Origin: Azolla caroliniana
Lineage: Eukaryota; Plantae; Polypodiophyta
NCBI GenBank assembly: GCA_043228905.1
Contig: JBHGNT010000014.1
Coordinates: 13,206,001 to 13,270,000 of the forward strand
Length of the DNA stretch: 64,000 nt
Reading direction: 5' to 3'
This document shows, one piece after another, positions 10,227-21,965 of the stretch (position 1 is the first letter of the stretch; each line of letters opens with the position of its first letter). Position numbers and translations under genes: made by a program. Under the pieces are notes generated by a model. That model was not told where the DNA came from. It saw only the letters and a program-made list of their open reading frames with translations, and did not search any database.

Positions 10227-13200
10227 ATGGAAGGCGGCGGCAGCGGGCAGCCGGGGATGATGGTGCTGAATGCGCAGAATTACGCCGACTGGAAGATCAA
10301 TATGGAGGATCTTCTGATTGTTCGGGACCTGTACGAACCGATTGACAGGTCGGAAATACCGAAAGGGGTACTTGAGTCGGAGTGGAAGCTCCTGAACCGG
10401 AAAGCCGTAGCGACGATCCGACAATATGTCGATGTAAGCGTCCTACAACATGTGGCGAACGACACCAACGCATGTGAGATGTGGAAGAAGCTGTCGGGCC
10501 TCTACGAGAGGAAGAATGCGTTGAACCGGACCTCCCTGATGAGGAAGATAGTGAACCTCAAGTATCGGGACGGCGAGAGTATGGTGGAACACGTAAGCAC
10601 GTTCATGGGATTCGTGAATCAGCTTGCGGCGATCAAGTTCCCGTTGGAGGATGCAATGCAAGCCATCATCCTGATGTGTACATTGCCGGAAAGCTGGGAG
10701 AACTTGGTGGTGACTCTCAGCACCTCCTGCACAGAAGATAACTTGTCCTTGCAAACGGTAAAGACGAGTATTTTGAATGAAGAAGCGCGTCGGAGAGATA
10801 AAGAACCGGCCTCCGACCCGAAGGCGCTGCTTACCGAATCGGATCGGGGAAGACAATGGAACCGGAGTCCGCAAAGACGGGAGAAGTCGGGGACCCGGTC
10901 GCAGTCAAGAGGAAGGCCCACATGCTTCCACTGTGGGAAGCCGGGGCACTTCCGAAAGAATTGTCGGCATTACCGAAAAGACAACGGAGCCGACGACACC
11001 GATTCGAAGAAGTCACCGGAGAGAAACGGTGCATACCGGGGAGCCACGGACCGGAGAGGTTCGGATTGGCGAGGGCAGGACAGGAAAGGAACGACGGCAC
11101 TCGCGGCAAGTGAGGAAGAAATCATGGTCATCACCGAAGAAGGTGAACTAAACATTGCTGGCGATGAGACGACCTGGGTGGTCGATTCCGGAGCATCGTT
11201 CCACCTGACCCCGGAGAGAAGATACTTCTCATCCTACACAGCCGGTGAGCATGGCTGTGTTCGAATGGGAAATGAAGGTACGTGCCGGATTGCCGGCATA
11301 GGAGACGTGTGGTTGACAACCCCGACCGGATGCAAAATGCTGCTGAAGGATGTCCGACACGTTCCGGAGGTTCGATTGAACCTGATTTCGGCCGGGAGGC
11401 TAGACGATGAAGGCTACACAGGTAGCATCCGGAATGGCGTGATGAAGTTCAGCAAGGGGAGCCTGATAGTGGCTCGGGCCCGTAAAGACAACACACTGTA
11501 CCTTATGAATGCCCGGTTATGTCCGGAAGAGCTGAATGTGGCAGCCGACACTACCGGTGAGCTGTGGCACAAAAGACTGTGTCACATGAGTGAGAAGGGG
11601 ATGAAGAGGCTTGCAGAAGACAACCTTATTCCAGTGAAGCATGTGCACCTGGAGAAGTGCACCGATTGCCTGGCCGGTAAGCAGAACCGAACCTCCTTCC
11701 ACTCAAGGCCACCGACGAGACGTAGAGCACCATTGGAGTTGGTGCACACCGATGTGTGTCAGGTAGAAACGAAGTCACATGGCGGAGCCCAGTACTTCGT
11801 AACATTCATAGACGATCATAGCCGAAGACTGTGGACGGCACCGATGAAGACAAAGGACCAAGTGTTGTCCGTCTTCAAAGAACTCCACGCGAGAGTGGAA
11901 AGAGAATCCGGCAAGAAGCTGAAAGCGATACCAGCGGATAACGGAGGGGAATACCGGGGACAGTTCCAGGAGTACTGTCGCTCGAAGGGAATCCGGCTCG
12001 AGATTACTGTGCCGAAGACGCCGGAACTGAACGGGCTGGCCGAGAGGATGAACTGGACCATAATGGAGAGGGTCCGGAGCATGCTGGCACATGCGAAATT
12101 ACCCAAGGGGTTTTGGGCTGAGGCAATGTCGACGGCGACATATGTGATAAACCGATCACCCTCAGTACCTTTGGACGGAGACACGCCGCAGAGAGTGTGG
12201 ACCGGTAGGGAAGTATCCTACCGGCATCTGAAGGTGTTCGGGTGTCTCGCATACGTGCATGTGGCAAAGGACCGGAGAGGAAACCTAGATCCAAAGACCC
12301 GGCCATGCATATTCCTCGGCTACGGCGACGACGAGTTCGGCTACCGAGTATGGGACCCGGTCGACAAGAAGATATTCAGGAGTCGAGACATCATCTTCAT
12401 GGAGAACAAGACACTCGCCGACTGGGAGTCGGAGAAGAAGATGAAGAGCTCCAAGTCGATCGGTGAGGATCAACTCTACGAGGAGCAGTCCCGACCGGCA
12501 AGGGACCGGTTAGCACTCGAGGATCCGGCCGAAGACGGTGAAGAAACAGAACCGGCCGAAGAAGATGAAAATGATACCGGAACCGGCCCCGATCCCGAAA
12601 TGGATTCGGATGAAGAAGAATCGGAAGAACCGGTTACCGAAGCTCCAGAACGGAGATATCCTCTAAGAGAGAGAAGGGCCCCCCGGAGATTTCCGGAACC
12701 AGAGCACCTGTTGCTAACCGACGAGGGGGAGCCGGAGAACTTTGAAGAGGCAAAGCATGACACCCAGAGCCGCAGGTGGTTGAGTGCCATGCAGGACGAG
12801 ATGGATTCCCTGCATGAGAACCACACATATGAACTTGTGGAGCTGCCGAAAGGAAAACGGGCACTCCGTAACAAGTGGGTGTTCAAGCTGAAACCGGGAG
12901 ATGCCGGAAACCCCCCGAGATACAAAGCCAGGATCGTGGTGAAGGGGTTTCAGCAGAAGAAGGGCGTCGACTTCGACGAGATATTTGCCCCGGTAGTGAA
13001 GATGACCTCCATCCGGACGGTGCTGAGCATAGCGGCAAGCATGGACCTCGAGGTAGAACAGATGGACGTGAAGACGGCATTCCTTCACGGTGACCTCGAT
13101 GAAGAGATCTACATGCAGCAACCGGAAGGATTCGAGAAGAAAGGGAAGGAGCACCTGGTATGCCGGTTGAAGAAGAGCCTTTACGGACTGAAGCAGGCCC

Positions 13201-14300
13201 CCCGGCAATGGTACCGGAAGTTCGACTCCTTCATGAACGACGAAGGGTATCTCAAAACGCAGTCCGACCACTGCGTGTTTGTGAAGAAGTTCGAAGGAGG
13301 AGACTTTCTAATACTCCTCCTGTACGTGGACGACATGTTGATTGTCGGACGGGACCAGGTCAAGATACGGATGCTGAAGAAGGCTCTTCACCGAACCTTC
13401 TCAATGAAGGACCTGGGTTCGGCGAGACAAATACTAGGGATGCACATCATCCGGGACCGGAAGAAGAAGCTGTTGTGGTTGTCACAGGAGAAGTACGTGA
13501 CGAAGGTGCTTCACCGGTTCAACATGTCGAAAGCAAGACCGGTCGGATCGACCCTCCCGGCAAACTGCAAGCTGTCCAGCAAGCAAAGTCCCAAGACAAA
13601 GGCTGAAAAGGAGGATATGATGAAAGTGCCGTATGCCTCAGCCGTCGGGAGCTTGATGTACGCCATGGTGTGTACGAGACCGGACATCGGATATGCAGTC
13701 GGAGTGGTGAGCCGGTACATGAGCAATCCCGGCAAAGAGCATTGGAACGCGGCCAAGTGGATACTCCGATACCTGAAGGGCACGGCAAACGTGTGCCTCC
13801 GATTCGGCTCCGGTAAGCCCGAACTCGACGGCTTCACCGATTCGGATATGTCGGCTGATGCAGATACCAGCCGGTCCACATCAGGGTATGTGATGACGTA
13901 TGCAGGTGGAGCTGTTTCATGGCAGTCGAGGCTGCAGAAGACGGTTGCGTTGTCAACCACGGAGGCGGAGTACATGGCGGCTGTTGAAGCCGGCAAGGAA
14001 ATGATATGGATGAAGGACTTCATTAGAGAGCTCGGTATCCGACCGGAGGAGTACCGACTCTACTGCGACAGTCAGAGCGCAATCCACCTTGCGAAGAACG
14101 CGGCCTATCACTCCCGGACGAAGCACATCCAGCGAAGATATCACTGGATCCGGGAAAGGATAGAAGACAAGGAGTTCGTGCTGACGAAGATCCACACGGA
14201 CGAGAACGGGTCGCATATGCTGACCAAGGTGCTTACACCTGACAAGCTGGAAGCATGCCGGAAGAGGATAGGATTGGAGAGACATCCCATACCGAAGTGA
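10227..14300 (+). CDS. Copia gag-pol polyprotein (1357 aa)
   Basis: Uninterrupted ORF: CFHCGKPGHFRKNC knuckle, WVVDSGAS protease, WHKRLCH..CTDC, DNGGEY integrase, QMDVKTAFLHG and LYVDDML RT, FTDSD/TEAEY RNase H. Confidence 0.96.
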   Translation: MEGGGSGQPGMMVLNAQNYADWKINMEDLLIVRDLYEPIDRSEIPKGVLESEWKLLNRKAVATIRQYVDVSVLQHVANDTNACEMWKKLSGLYERKNALNRTSLMRKIVNLKYRDGESMVEHVSTFMGFVNQLAAIKFPLEDAMQAIILMCTLPESWENLVVTLSTSCTEDNLSLQTVKTSILNEEARRRDKEPASDPKALLTESDRGRQWNRSPQRREKSGTRSQSRGRPTCFHCGKPGHFRKNCRHYRKDNGADDTDSKKSPERNGAYRGATDRRGSDWRGQDRKGTTALAASEEEIMVITEEGELNIAGDETTWVVDSGASFHLTPERRYFSSYTAGEHGCVRMGNEGTCRIAGIGDVWLTTPTGCKMLLKDVRHVPEVRLNLISAGRLDDEGYTGSIRNGVMKFSKGSLIVARARKDNTLYLMNARLCPEELNVAADTTGELWHKRLCHMSEKGMKRLAEDNLIPVKHVHLEKCTDCLAGKQNRTSFHSRPPTRRRAPLELVHTDVCQVETKSHGGAQYFVTFIDDHSRRLWTAPMKTKDQVLSVFKELHARVERESGKKLKAIPADNGGEYRGQFQEYCRSKGIRLEITVPKTPELNGLAERMNWTIMERVRSMLAHAKLPKGFWAEAMSTATYVINRSPSVPLDGDTPQRVWTGREVSYRHLKVFGCLAYVHVAKDRRGNLDPKTRPCIFLGYGDDEFGYRVWDPVDKKIFRSRDIIFMENKTLADWESEKKMKSSKSIGEDQLYEEQSRPARDRLALEDPAEDGEETEPAEEDENDTGTGPDPEMDSDEEESEEPVTEAPERRYPLRERRAPRRFPEPEHLLLTDEGEPENFEEAKHDTQSRRWLSAMQDEMDSLHENHTYELVELPKGKRALRNKWVFKLKPGDAGNPPRYKARIVVKGFQQKKGVDFDEIFAPVVKMTSIRTVLSIAASMDLEVEQMDVKTAFLHGDLDEEIYMQQPEGFEKKGKEHLVCRLKKSLYGLKQAPRQWYRKFDSFMNDEGYLKTQSDHCVFVKKFEGGDFLILLLYVDDMLIVGRDQVKIRMLKKALHRTFSMKDLGSARQILGMHIIRDRKKKLLWLSQEKYVTKVLHRFNMSKARPVGSTLPANCKLSSKQSPKTKAEKEDMMKVPYASAVGSLMYAMVCTRPDIGYAVGVVSRYMSNPGKEHWNAAKWILRYLKGTANVCLRFGSGKPELDGFTDSDMSADADTSRSTSGYVMTYAGGAVSWQSRLQKTVALSTTEAEYMAAVEAGKEMIWMKDFIRELGIRPEEYRLYCDSQSAIHLAKNAAYHSRTKHIQRRYHWIRERIEDKEFVLTKIHTDENGSHMLTKVLTPDKLEACRKRIGLERHPIPK

Positions 14301-14310
14301 AGGGGGAGTT

Positions 14311-14928
14311 TGTTGGGATTATGGTCCCTTTCGGATGGGATGGTCGGATGTCCGAAGGTGAATGCCGACAAGCCCGGTTTCGGTTTCGGAACCGGATGAT
14401 GAAGACCCCGGTTTCGGTACCGGATGACGAATGTACCCGGAGAGAGATCCGGATGCGGGGACATATCTGCGAATATGTTTGCCAAGGGCCCTTGAGGCTA
14501 TAGTTGTAAATAGCCCTAAAAGTCATATGTGTATAAATATGACTTAGGGCAAACAGTTTTGTCGTTGCTATTCATTTTTCTGTTTTTCCACTCTAGAGGA
14601 GTGAAGAGAGAGAGCAGCCGTGAGAGAGAGATAGATCGCGCGAGAGAGAGAGAGGAAGAGGTCGACGCCTCTGTGTATTTCCACCGCCAGTGGCGAGGAC
14701 AGCGAGCTCAAGGTCGTCGCCTTGCAGCTCGCCATTGTATACTTCTCTTTGTATAGTGTTGGTTTGGAGTCTTGTACTCCCGTGGTTTTTCCCATCTAGG
14801 GTTTTCCACGTTAATCCTTGTGTTCGCGTTTTGTTTCTCCGTTTGGTTCCTATTTTCTGCTGCATTGATCCGCGATTACTCGGTTGTGGCCGAGTGGAGA
14901 AGGTGAATCGAAGTGTCGATTCTCCACA
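14311..14928 (+). repeat. Copia 3' LTR
   Basis: Direct repeat of 9579-10196. Confidence 0.97.
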
Positions 14929-17047
14929 CTTTAGTGGATGCGTGGATAGAGTTGTTATAGGCAAATTCGGCGAAGTGGAGAATATCTGCCCAGTCGTCCT
15001 GATGATAGCTGAGAAAGCACCGCAGATACTGCTCCAACGTTTGATTTGTTCGTTCAGCTTGGCCGTTAGTTTGTGGGTGGTAGCCGGAAGAGAGGTTACA
15101 AGTGACCTTGAGCATGTTAAAAAGGTGCTTCCAGAATTTTGACACGAACTGGGGTCCACGGTCGCTGATGATACTATCGGGGAGTCCATGATGCCGACAT
15201 ACTTCACGCATGACAATTTCGGCAGTGTCTTCACTGGAGATCTCCTTAGTACATGGCAAGAAATGAGCCATCTTCGTATATCGATCGACCACCGTTAGAA
15301 TCGCATTGAACCCCTTAGAGACTGGAAGATCTGTGATGAAGTCTAGAGCAATGGATTGCCACGGCTTGCTTGGAATTGATAATGGTTCTAATAAACCATA
15401 TGGATGATGCCTTGGCATTTTCGCTCTGCAACATGTATCACAAGTCCGAACAAAATCCTCGACAAATTGTCGCATACAGGGCCACCAGAATGATCGTTGT
15501 ACTAAATGTAATGTTTTAGTACTACCAAAATGCCCAGCTGTATATGTGTCATGACAGTTTTGTACTACTCGAAGGCGGCAAGAACCATTAGGAACATACA
15601 AAAGTTCTTTAAAGAAGAGTAATCCATCATGGTATTTGAATTGCCGATAGTCCGTACCTGGTGGTTGCGACTGTGAACACGACGCTCGAGAGGGATCAAT
15701 TTGTGCTAGTATAGCTTGGGCGAACGCATCTGTCTTCAAGTCTTCACGTATGGTATCGATAACGCGGGAATCCATAGGCATGTCAAAGATTTGTGTTGCT
15801 TGTAATCGTGCCGGTCCCAAGATGACTTGTTTTTGGTTATCGAAAGCTGGCTCGCCGGGACGGGGTGCTAGATACGAACGCCGTGATAATGCATCTGCCT
15901 TCCCTTGGTGCCTCCCCGGACGATATGTAATTTTGAAGTCGAAACGCGTGAGGAAGTGGGCCCACCGAGCTTGATGTCGATTCAACACACGAGCATCCTG
16001 AAAGTAGGCAAGATTCTTGTGGTCACTAAATACGGTGACTGGATGAGAGGATCCCTCCAGAAAATGCCTCCATTGCATAAAAGAATCCACTGTTGCCAAT
16101 AGCTCCTTATCATGGATTTCGTAGTTGATTTCGGCAGCATCAAACTTGCGTGAGTGAAAAGCCACAGGATGTAGCTTTTCATCATTCCCCTGTTGTGACA
16201 GAATGCTCCCCAATGCAAAATCCGATGCATCAGCTTCGATAATGAATGGTTTCTCCGGATCGACATGAGCTAGAATTGGAGCCGATGTAAATGCTTTTTT
16301 AAGACTCTCGAAAGCCATGTCCGTTTCTTCAGACCAGGTGAACGGTTGTCCCTTCCTGGTAAGTTGTGTGAGAGGTAGAACGATCTTTGAGTAATCCTGT
16401 ATGAACTTCCGGTAAAAATTGGCAAAGCCTAAGAAGCATTGCACATCCCGTACCGAACGCGGAGTCTGCCATTCTACCACCGTTCTGACCTTAGCTGGGT
16501 CCATGGAGATGCCTTCTAACGAAATGATGTAGCCGAGAAATTCCACTTGGTTGCACCCGAAACTACATTTTTCTAGCTTTGCATACAGACCATGTTCTCG
16601 AAGTCGTTTTAGTACTAATAGTACATGAGAATCATGTTCTTCTTGGGTCTTTGAATAAACCAATAGATCATCCAAATAGATGATCAAACAATCATCCAAT
16701 AGATCTCGGAATATATCATTAGCCATGTGCTGGAAGACTGTCGGCGCATTAGTGAGGCCGAACGGCATGACAGTATACTCGAAGTGCCCATATCTGGTGC
16801 GAAACGCGGTCTTCCATTCGTCTCCTGGTCGGATCCGTACGAGGTTATATGCTCCCCGTAAGTCGATCTTCGTGAAGAACCTGGCACCATTGATCCGTTC
16901 TAAAAGACTTGAGATAAGGGGAAGAGCATACCTATTCCTGATTGTAACCTTATTCAAGCCACGGTAATCTACAACGAGACGAAGCGATCCATCTTTTTTC
17001 TTGACGAAGAAAATGGGCGCACCGGCTGGAGATTTCGAATGCCGAAT
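14929..17047 (-). pseudogene. pol of element 2 (RT, RNase H, integrase core), open up to the Copia insertion
   Basis: KIDLRGAY, MPFGLTNAP, YLDD, EADASD, CDTC, SDRGPQF; frame continues (STKV|TPFYAY) across the TSD. Confidence 0.93.
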
Positions 17048-17147
17048 NNNNNNNNNNNNNNNNNNNNNNNNNNNNNNNNNNNNNNNNNNNNNNNNNNNNN
17101 NNNNNNNNNNNNNNNNNNNNNNNNNNNNNNNNNNNNNNNNNNNNNNN
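17048..17147. other. Assembly gap (100 N)
   Basis: Run of N; sequence after the gap is not element 2. Confidence 1.
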
Positions 17148-17842
17148 AACCCCATGATAATCCAATTTATCGAACCATAATTGGTCTTATTACTTGTTTA
17201 TTTATATCTAGCTCTTAAGTCGACATAAAATAGTAGTGAGCTTATTGGTAAGATTAGATCTTTCAAGAGAGGTAAGGAAGAGTTTGCAAGGTTAGCAATT
17301 CAATAGTCCTTTACAATTACCTCACCTGAATCAGCAGCAACATGGTATTGAATAATCTACGATCTCCAAAGAATAGTCAAGGTATACAATAGTCTGGACA
17401 CAAAGGCGTAACTCCACCAATACAAAGATGTATGATCACTATGAACACCTTGACCACACACATCATTTTGGAGTCATGGTTGGGAACTCTAAGACCATGA
17501 CTAGAAGTCATGAGTAAGTTCTTCATAAGATCTCAAGGCAAACCTTCTTTACCAAGGGATGGAAGGAAAGAGGTAAGAACGAGGATGTTGTAGGTATCAT
17601 AATAAGAACGAGTGTTGTAGGTATCATAATAAGAATGAGTAAAGGCTAACTGGGAGGAGTTTTTTTTACCATAAAACATATGCTCCATTGGTATTAATAA
17701 AAGGCCCGGAGGCAGTATACAAATAGTACATAATATTGTTTCATCTCAACAAATATATATTATCAAAAACAAGACCAAATATAAGCTTTGGCATTTATCA
17801 AGATACTGGTAATTATTTTTGTTAGGATAAGTGATGTTGGTA

Positions 17843-18210
17843 GAAATCAAGGACATGGCAAGGCAAAACTTGGAGTCGATTAGCGAGAAGGCGAGATGGT
17901 TGTTGTGGATGTAAGAAGCAATTTCTTATGAGCAATAAGGATGAGTGTAGATGGTGTGGGGGTTGAAGAAGCATATTATCATGAGTTGGTGAGGGAATTT
18001 TTACATTAATTTGTTTGCGGTCTATATGGCAGGATGCTTGATGGAAGGAAATCAAGGACATGGCAAGCCAAAACTTGGTGCCGATTAGCGAGAAGGCGAG
18101 ATGGTTGTTGTGGATGATGCTTGATGGAAGGAAATCAAGGACATGGCAAGCCAAAATTTGGTGCCGATTAGCGAGAAGGCAAGATGGTTGTTGTGGATGA
18201 TGCTTGATGG
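17843..18210. repeat. ~70-83-bp repeat, 3 copies (17843, 18048, 18131)
   Basis: GAAATCAAGGACATGGCAAG..CAAAA.TTGG.G.CGATTAGCGAGAAGGC.AGATGGTTGTTGTGGATG. Confidence 0.85.
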
Positions 18211-18567
18211 AATTTGGTGGCATGGCACGGAGTGAAAAAGATTTTAGGTTTCATCTTAGGGAGTGCAACAAACATGATAGTCTTCTAGTTGTTGTCATGT
18301 AGTTATTGTCTTTATAGAGTTTATTCATAATGAGAGGATGAGTGACGATGGTGTGGGGGTTGAAGCAAATATATGAGGGGATGAGGAAGCATTTTATAGT
18401 CACTTTGTTATTATGTATATAGGAATTTGGTGGTAATCGGCGAGATGGTTGATGTGGACTTAAGAAGCAAAATTGTTTTGAGGGATAAGGATGAGAGAAG
18501 ATGGTGTGGGGGGTGAAGCAGAATATTATGAGTAGGTATAGGAATGGAACGTATGGTAGTCTCTAAT

Positions 18568-18880
18568 GGTAGTCTTTGCCAGATTGCTACATGCATTGGA
18601 ATACTTTGTGCCCTGGTAATTGGGCTTCCAGTAGAAATTGTTCCTGGCTGTTGGAGGAATTGATTTTGGATATCCATCTTGCCTGCTACAGTGCTCTTAG
18701 TTGGGATGGAGTTCTGTTCTAAGAGCCTGAAATGGTCAATTGGAGCAACCATGTTTGTTTTGCAACAACTCTCTGGAATCAATGTTGTGTTTTATTTCTG
18801 TTTTATTTCTCCCCAACAATATTCAGAAATGCTGGAATCAGTTCTGTTTTGTTCACAAGTGTTTATGTTGGGATTGTAGA
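18568..18880 (+). pseudogene. Intronless fragment of a plastidic glucose transporter-like MFS sugar porter
   Basis: GSLCQIATCIGILCALVIGLP...WRN*FWISILPA...GMEFCSKSLKW|SIGATMFVLQQLSGINVVFYFS; in-frame stop and 11-bp duplication; partial second copy ~19144-19250. Confidence 0.8.
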
Positions 18881-20988
18881 TCCAGACCTAACATATATGA
18901 TTGGGAAGACAAAGGACATGGAATATCATGTGAAAGACAAGTTTTCTGAGGAGGTGTTATTATGTGGCTCATTTGGTGACATTGTCGCCTCCTCTCCTTC
19001 AAAGATGTTGGTCTTTGTGTGATTGAACCATTGAAAAAGCTGGATATTCATAGATGTTGTTTATATGTGGGGTATGGTCTTCAGTACATGTGAAACAAAA
19101 GGCGAACATGAAGTTTTCAAACTACCAGCCAGGGTGGACAACTAGTGCTCTTAGTTGGGATGGAGTTTTGTTCTAAGAGCGCAAAATGGTCAATTGGAGC
19201 AGCCATGTTTGTTTTGCAATAGCTCTCTGGAATCAATGTTGTGTTTTATTCCCGCCACCGGCACCATCTTTAGTATAAATAACATGATATAATATAGATG
19301 ATTGTTGATAAGTGGGAGGAGTTAGACCTCTTATGCATATCTTTAGTTTTTTCTTTTGTTGTTGTAATTAATATTTTTCTTTTCCTAATCGTTTGAACTT
19401 CGGTGATTAGTTTCGTTTTTAATTTGAATTTTTAGAATTTGATTTTTGCATTTTTTTGGTTTATTTTATTGTAGAAATTTAAGTATTTTACTCTCTCTCA
19501 CTACCTAGAGAAAAAAGTACTACCAAGGTATAAAGAATCTACAATTTGCTTAAAATCCCAGGAAGAGGAAAGACCAAGTACATGACACTTTAATTGTTTT
19601 CGCCCTTTGGGAATTACTCGATGACAAACCTTGAGTGTTTTATGTTGTTGGGATGTGGCTTGTGCATAGGAGGAAAGTGTTTAGAACCAAGTTTACAATA
19701 GGTTAGGATTATAGGCAAGGAAGTAGAAAGGATAAGTGAAAAACCAGCAAAAATGAATAACTTAATTAACAAGAATGAACTCTTAGGATGATAGGTGTAA
19801 GGGTTTGACTCTTGAAATAGATGATGAGGAGCAAAAGATGATTTATAGTACATAAAATGGTTAAACAATGAAAAGATGCCCAAAACTATAAAAGGATATG
19901 GAGAGTTCATTTCTAGGGATCAACATTTTAAAACAAATGCACACCCACATATTGACATACACTTACATACATATACATAAAAACCCATACGTTCATATAT
20001 ACATACATATACGCACATCCAAGTACAATTCACACACTATATATACATTCCTCTTGCACATTAGCATACACTTCAACATATACATAAATATGTACATGCA
20101 CATATAATTAAGACAAATACATAGCATGCGCCTAAGTGATACATAACCTCACACATATACTTATGTACTCGAACTTATGCTTACATGTAGTATTTTACAC
20201 ACATACATAGTCACATTGTTAAAGTCTGTCAAATCATTTGACCTAGAATTGATTACAACCAGCAATTAGAAAGAATTTTGAAATGATCAATTCAATCGGT
20301 AAACCCATCTTCCTTGGTTCAGGTTTCTAGTAGTTCACCTCACATTTCACATTCATGCACATTACTTTGGGACAATGCAAAGGGAACACATGAGCCCATT
20401 ACCAAATAATTTTACACAATGTTCATTTCCAAAGAGCTCATTACCTCACTAGAATGCCAAAACTCGAATACACAAGAAAACTAAATGATAACCATATTTT
20501 TGTGATGTCGTATACCAAGAAGATGGGTTACACACAAGGATTTCAACCCCAACAATGGACTACACATATCTCTCAAGACGTCCACAACTATTAGCCACTT
20601 TGTCCAATCTAGAACCATCTTCCACGTCAAAAATAACTCTAAGAAATTATGGACTTAGCAAAAAGAACATATCAACCATTTCTAGGATGCTTCATTCTCA
20701 ACATGAGTTAATGCAAACTAGTCCATTGAATGATTAATTACATTTAAGTCAACAAGATTTGAAGGTTACTACTAATCCCACTTCATCAAAATGGTCTAAA
20801 TTGTTTGACTTCATTTAAAAATAGTAGCAACACTACTTTCTTTACATACATTCTTGTTGCTTCACGTCAATGTTTGTCACTATCATCCATTGCAACTTCT
20901 ACTCCACCTTCATCTCCAAAACTATGTACCGATATCCAACTAATACATATGCACAATTTGATCAAATGGAAGGTTATTTCATGAACTT

Positions 20989-21633
20989 TTTTTCCCATAA
21001 CAACATATTCTTCCATTAGTTTTAAAAAGGCATATCAGATACATAATACAATATAGAGAAGCGACAATTCTTCCCAACTCGTCTTGTGTAAGACGATGGC
21101 TATGCATGGATCCTTCATTTGATAGAAATGATTGAGCACTTCCTGAAATTTCCCCATTCTCAGCATCTCGAGTATCACCACAAACTTTCAAGCAAAAACC
21201 AAGTACAAATGTATTTGGCAAGATATTATGTGTTTGCATCTCCTTCATGAGGTTTAGTGCTTCCTCACCATGCTCATGTTCTACATAACCAATTATTAGT
21301 GCAGTCCATAGGATCACATCTTTGATTGGCAAGTTATCAAAAACTTGACATGCTACTTCAATCAATCCAATTGCCAATAAGAAGATGTTTGTCGAATCCT
21401 TTCTTAATTATCTCAGCATGCATTTCTTGATGAATACTAGACTATTGTATGATTTCACGCTGCAAAGTAATGGTATAGTGTCTTGAGAAACACCTTTTTG
21501 TTACATTTTCTCAATACAACAGATCACCTTCTCAACATCCCCACATTCAGTATATCCTGAAATTAATGCATTCCACAATACTACATCTTTACTTGTGAGT
21601 TTGAGAGACACATGTTGAGTTTCTGCAAGAAGC
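20989..21633 (-). pseudogene. PLS-class PPR gene fragment inserted with a 10-bp target duplication
   Basis: VFDNLPIKDVILWTALIIGYVEHEHGEEALNLMKEMQ and KDVVLWNALISGY motifs; flanked by TCATGAACTT at 20979-20988 and 21634-21643. Confidence 0.8.
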
Positions 21634-21641
21634 TCATGAAC

Positions 21642-21965
21642 TTGAACCATGAAGCTCATTTATAACAAGATTCCAACCTTTTGTGATGGCATCGATCTAT
21701 CAACCAAAGATGCAGTTTCAACATATGCACAACTTGCTCAAATGGAAGCTTATTTTGTTGAGTCGAACCATGAAGCTCAATTATAAGAAGATTCCAACCC
21801 TTATTGATGGCATTGATCTATCTGGCAAAGATGCACTTTCAAGGTATGCAGAACTTGATCAAATGGAAGTTTATTTGGTGAACTTGAACCATGAAGCTCA
21901 TTTATAGCAAGACTCCAACCCGTAGTGATGACATCGATTTATCAGCCAAAGATGCACTTTCAAGA
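21642..21965. repeat. ~121-bp tandem repeat (~2.7 copies), continuing at 20946-20988
   Basis: Recurrent GAACCATGAAGCTCA.TTATA..AAGA.TCCAACC...CAAAGATGCA. Confidence 0.85.

Larger units (their letters stand above)
9579..14928 (+). mobile_element. Full-length Ty1/Copia LTR retrotransposon (Tnt1/Tork-like), recent
   Basis: 618-bp LTRs 9579-10196 and 14311-14928 (TG...CA), 2 visible differences; perfect TSD CTTTA (9574-9578 and 14929-14933); PBS TGGTATCAGAGC 10200-10211 (tRNA-iMet); PPT GAAGGGGGAG 14299-14308. Confidence 0.98.
8461..17047 (-). mobile_element. Ty3/Gypsy chromovirus (Tcn1-like) element 2, interrupted by a Copia; 5' part lost in the assembly gap
   Basis: 3' LTR 8461-8898 (TGTCATGA...TCATGACA), PPT 8899-8910, pol segments 8891-9573 and 14929-17047. 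Confidence 0.93.

Noticed and set aside
9589-10260. ORFs inside the Copia LTRs (duplicated at 14.2-15.1 kb)
   Set aside because: Duplicated only because the LTR is; low-complexity translation
10280-14285. Many antisense and alternate-frame ORFs in the Copia
   Set aside because: Shadow ORFs of a GC-rich coding region with no independent motifs
17843-18210. CRISPR-like array
   Set aside because: Eukaryotic context, repeats of 70 bp or more, no unique equal-length spacers, no cas genes
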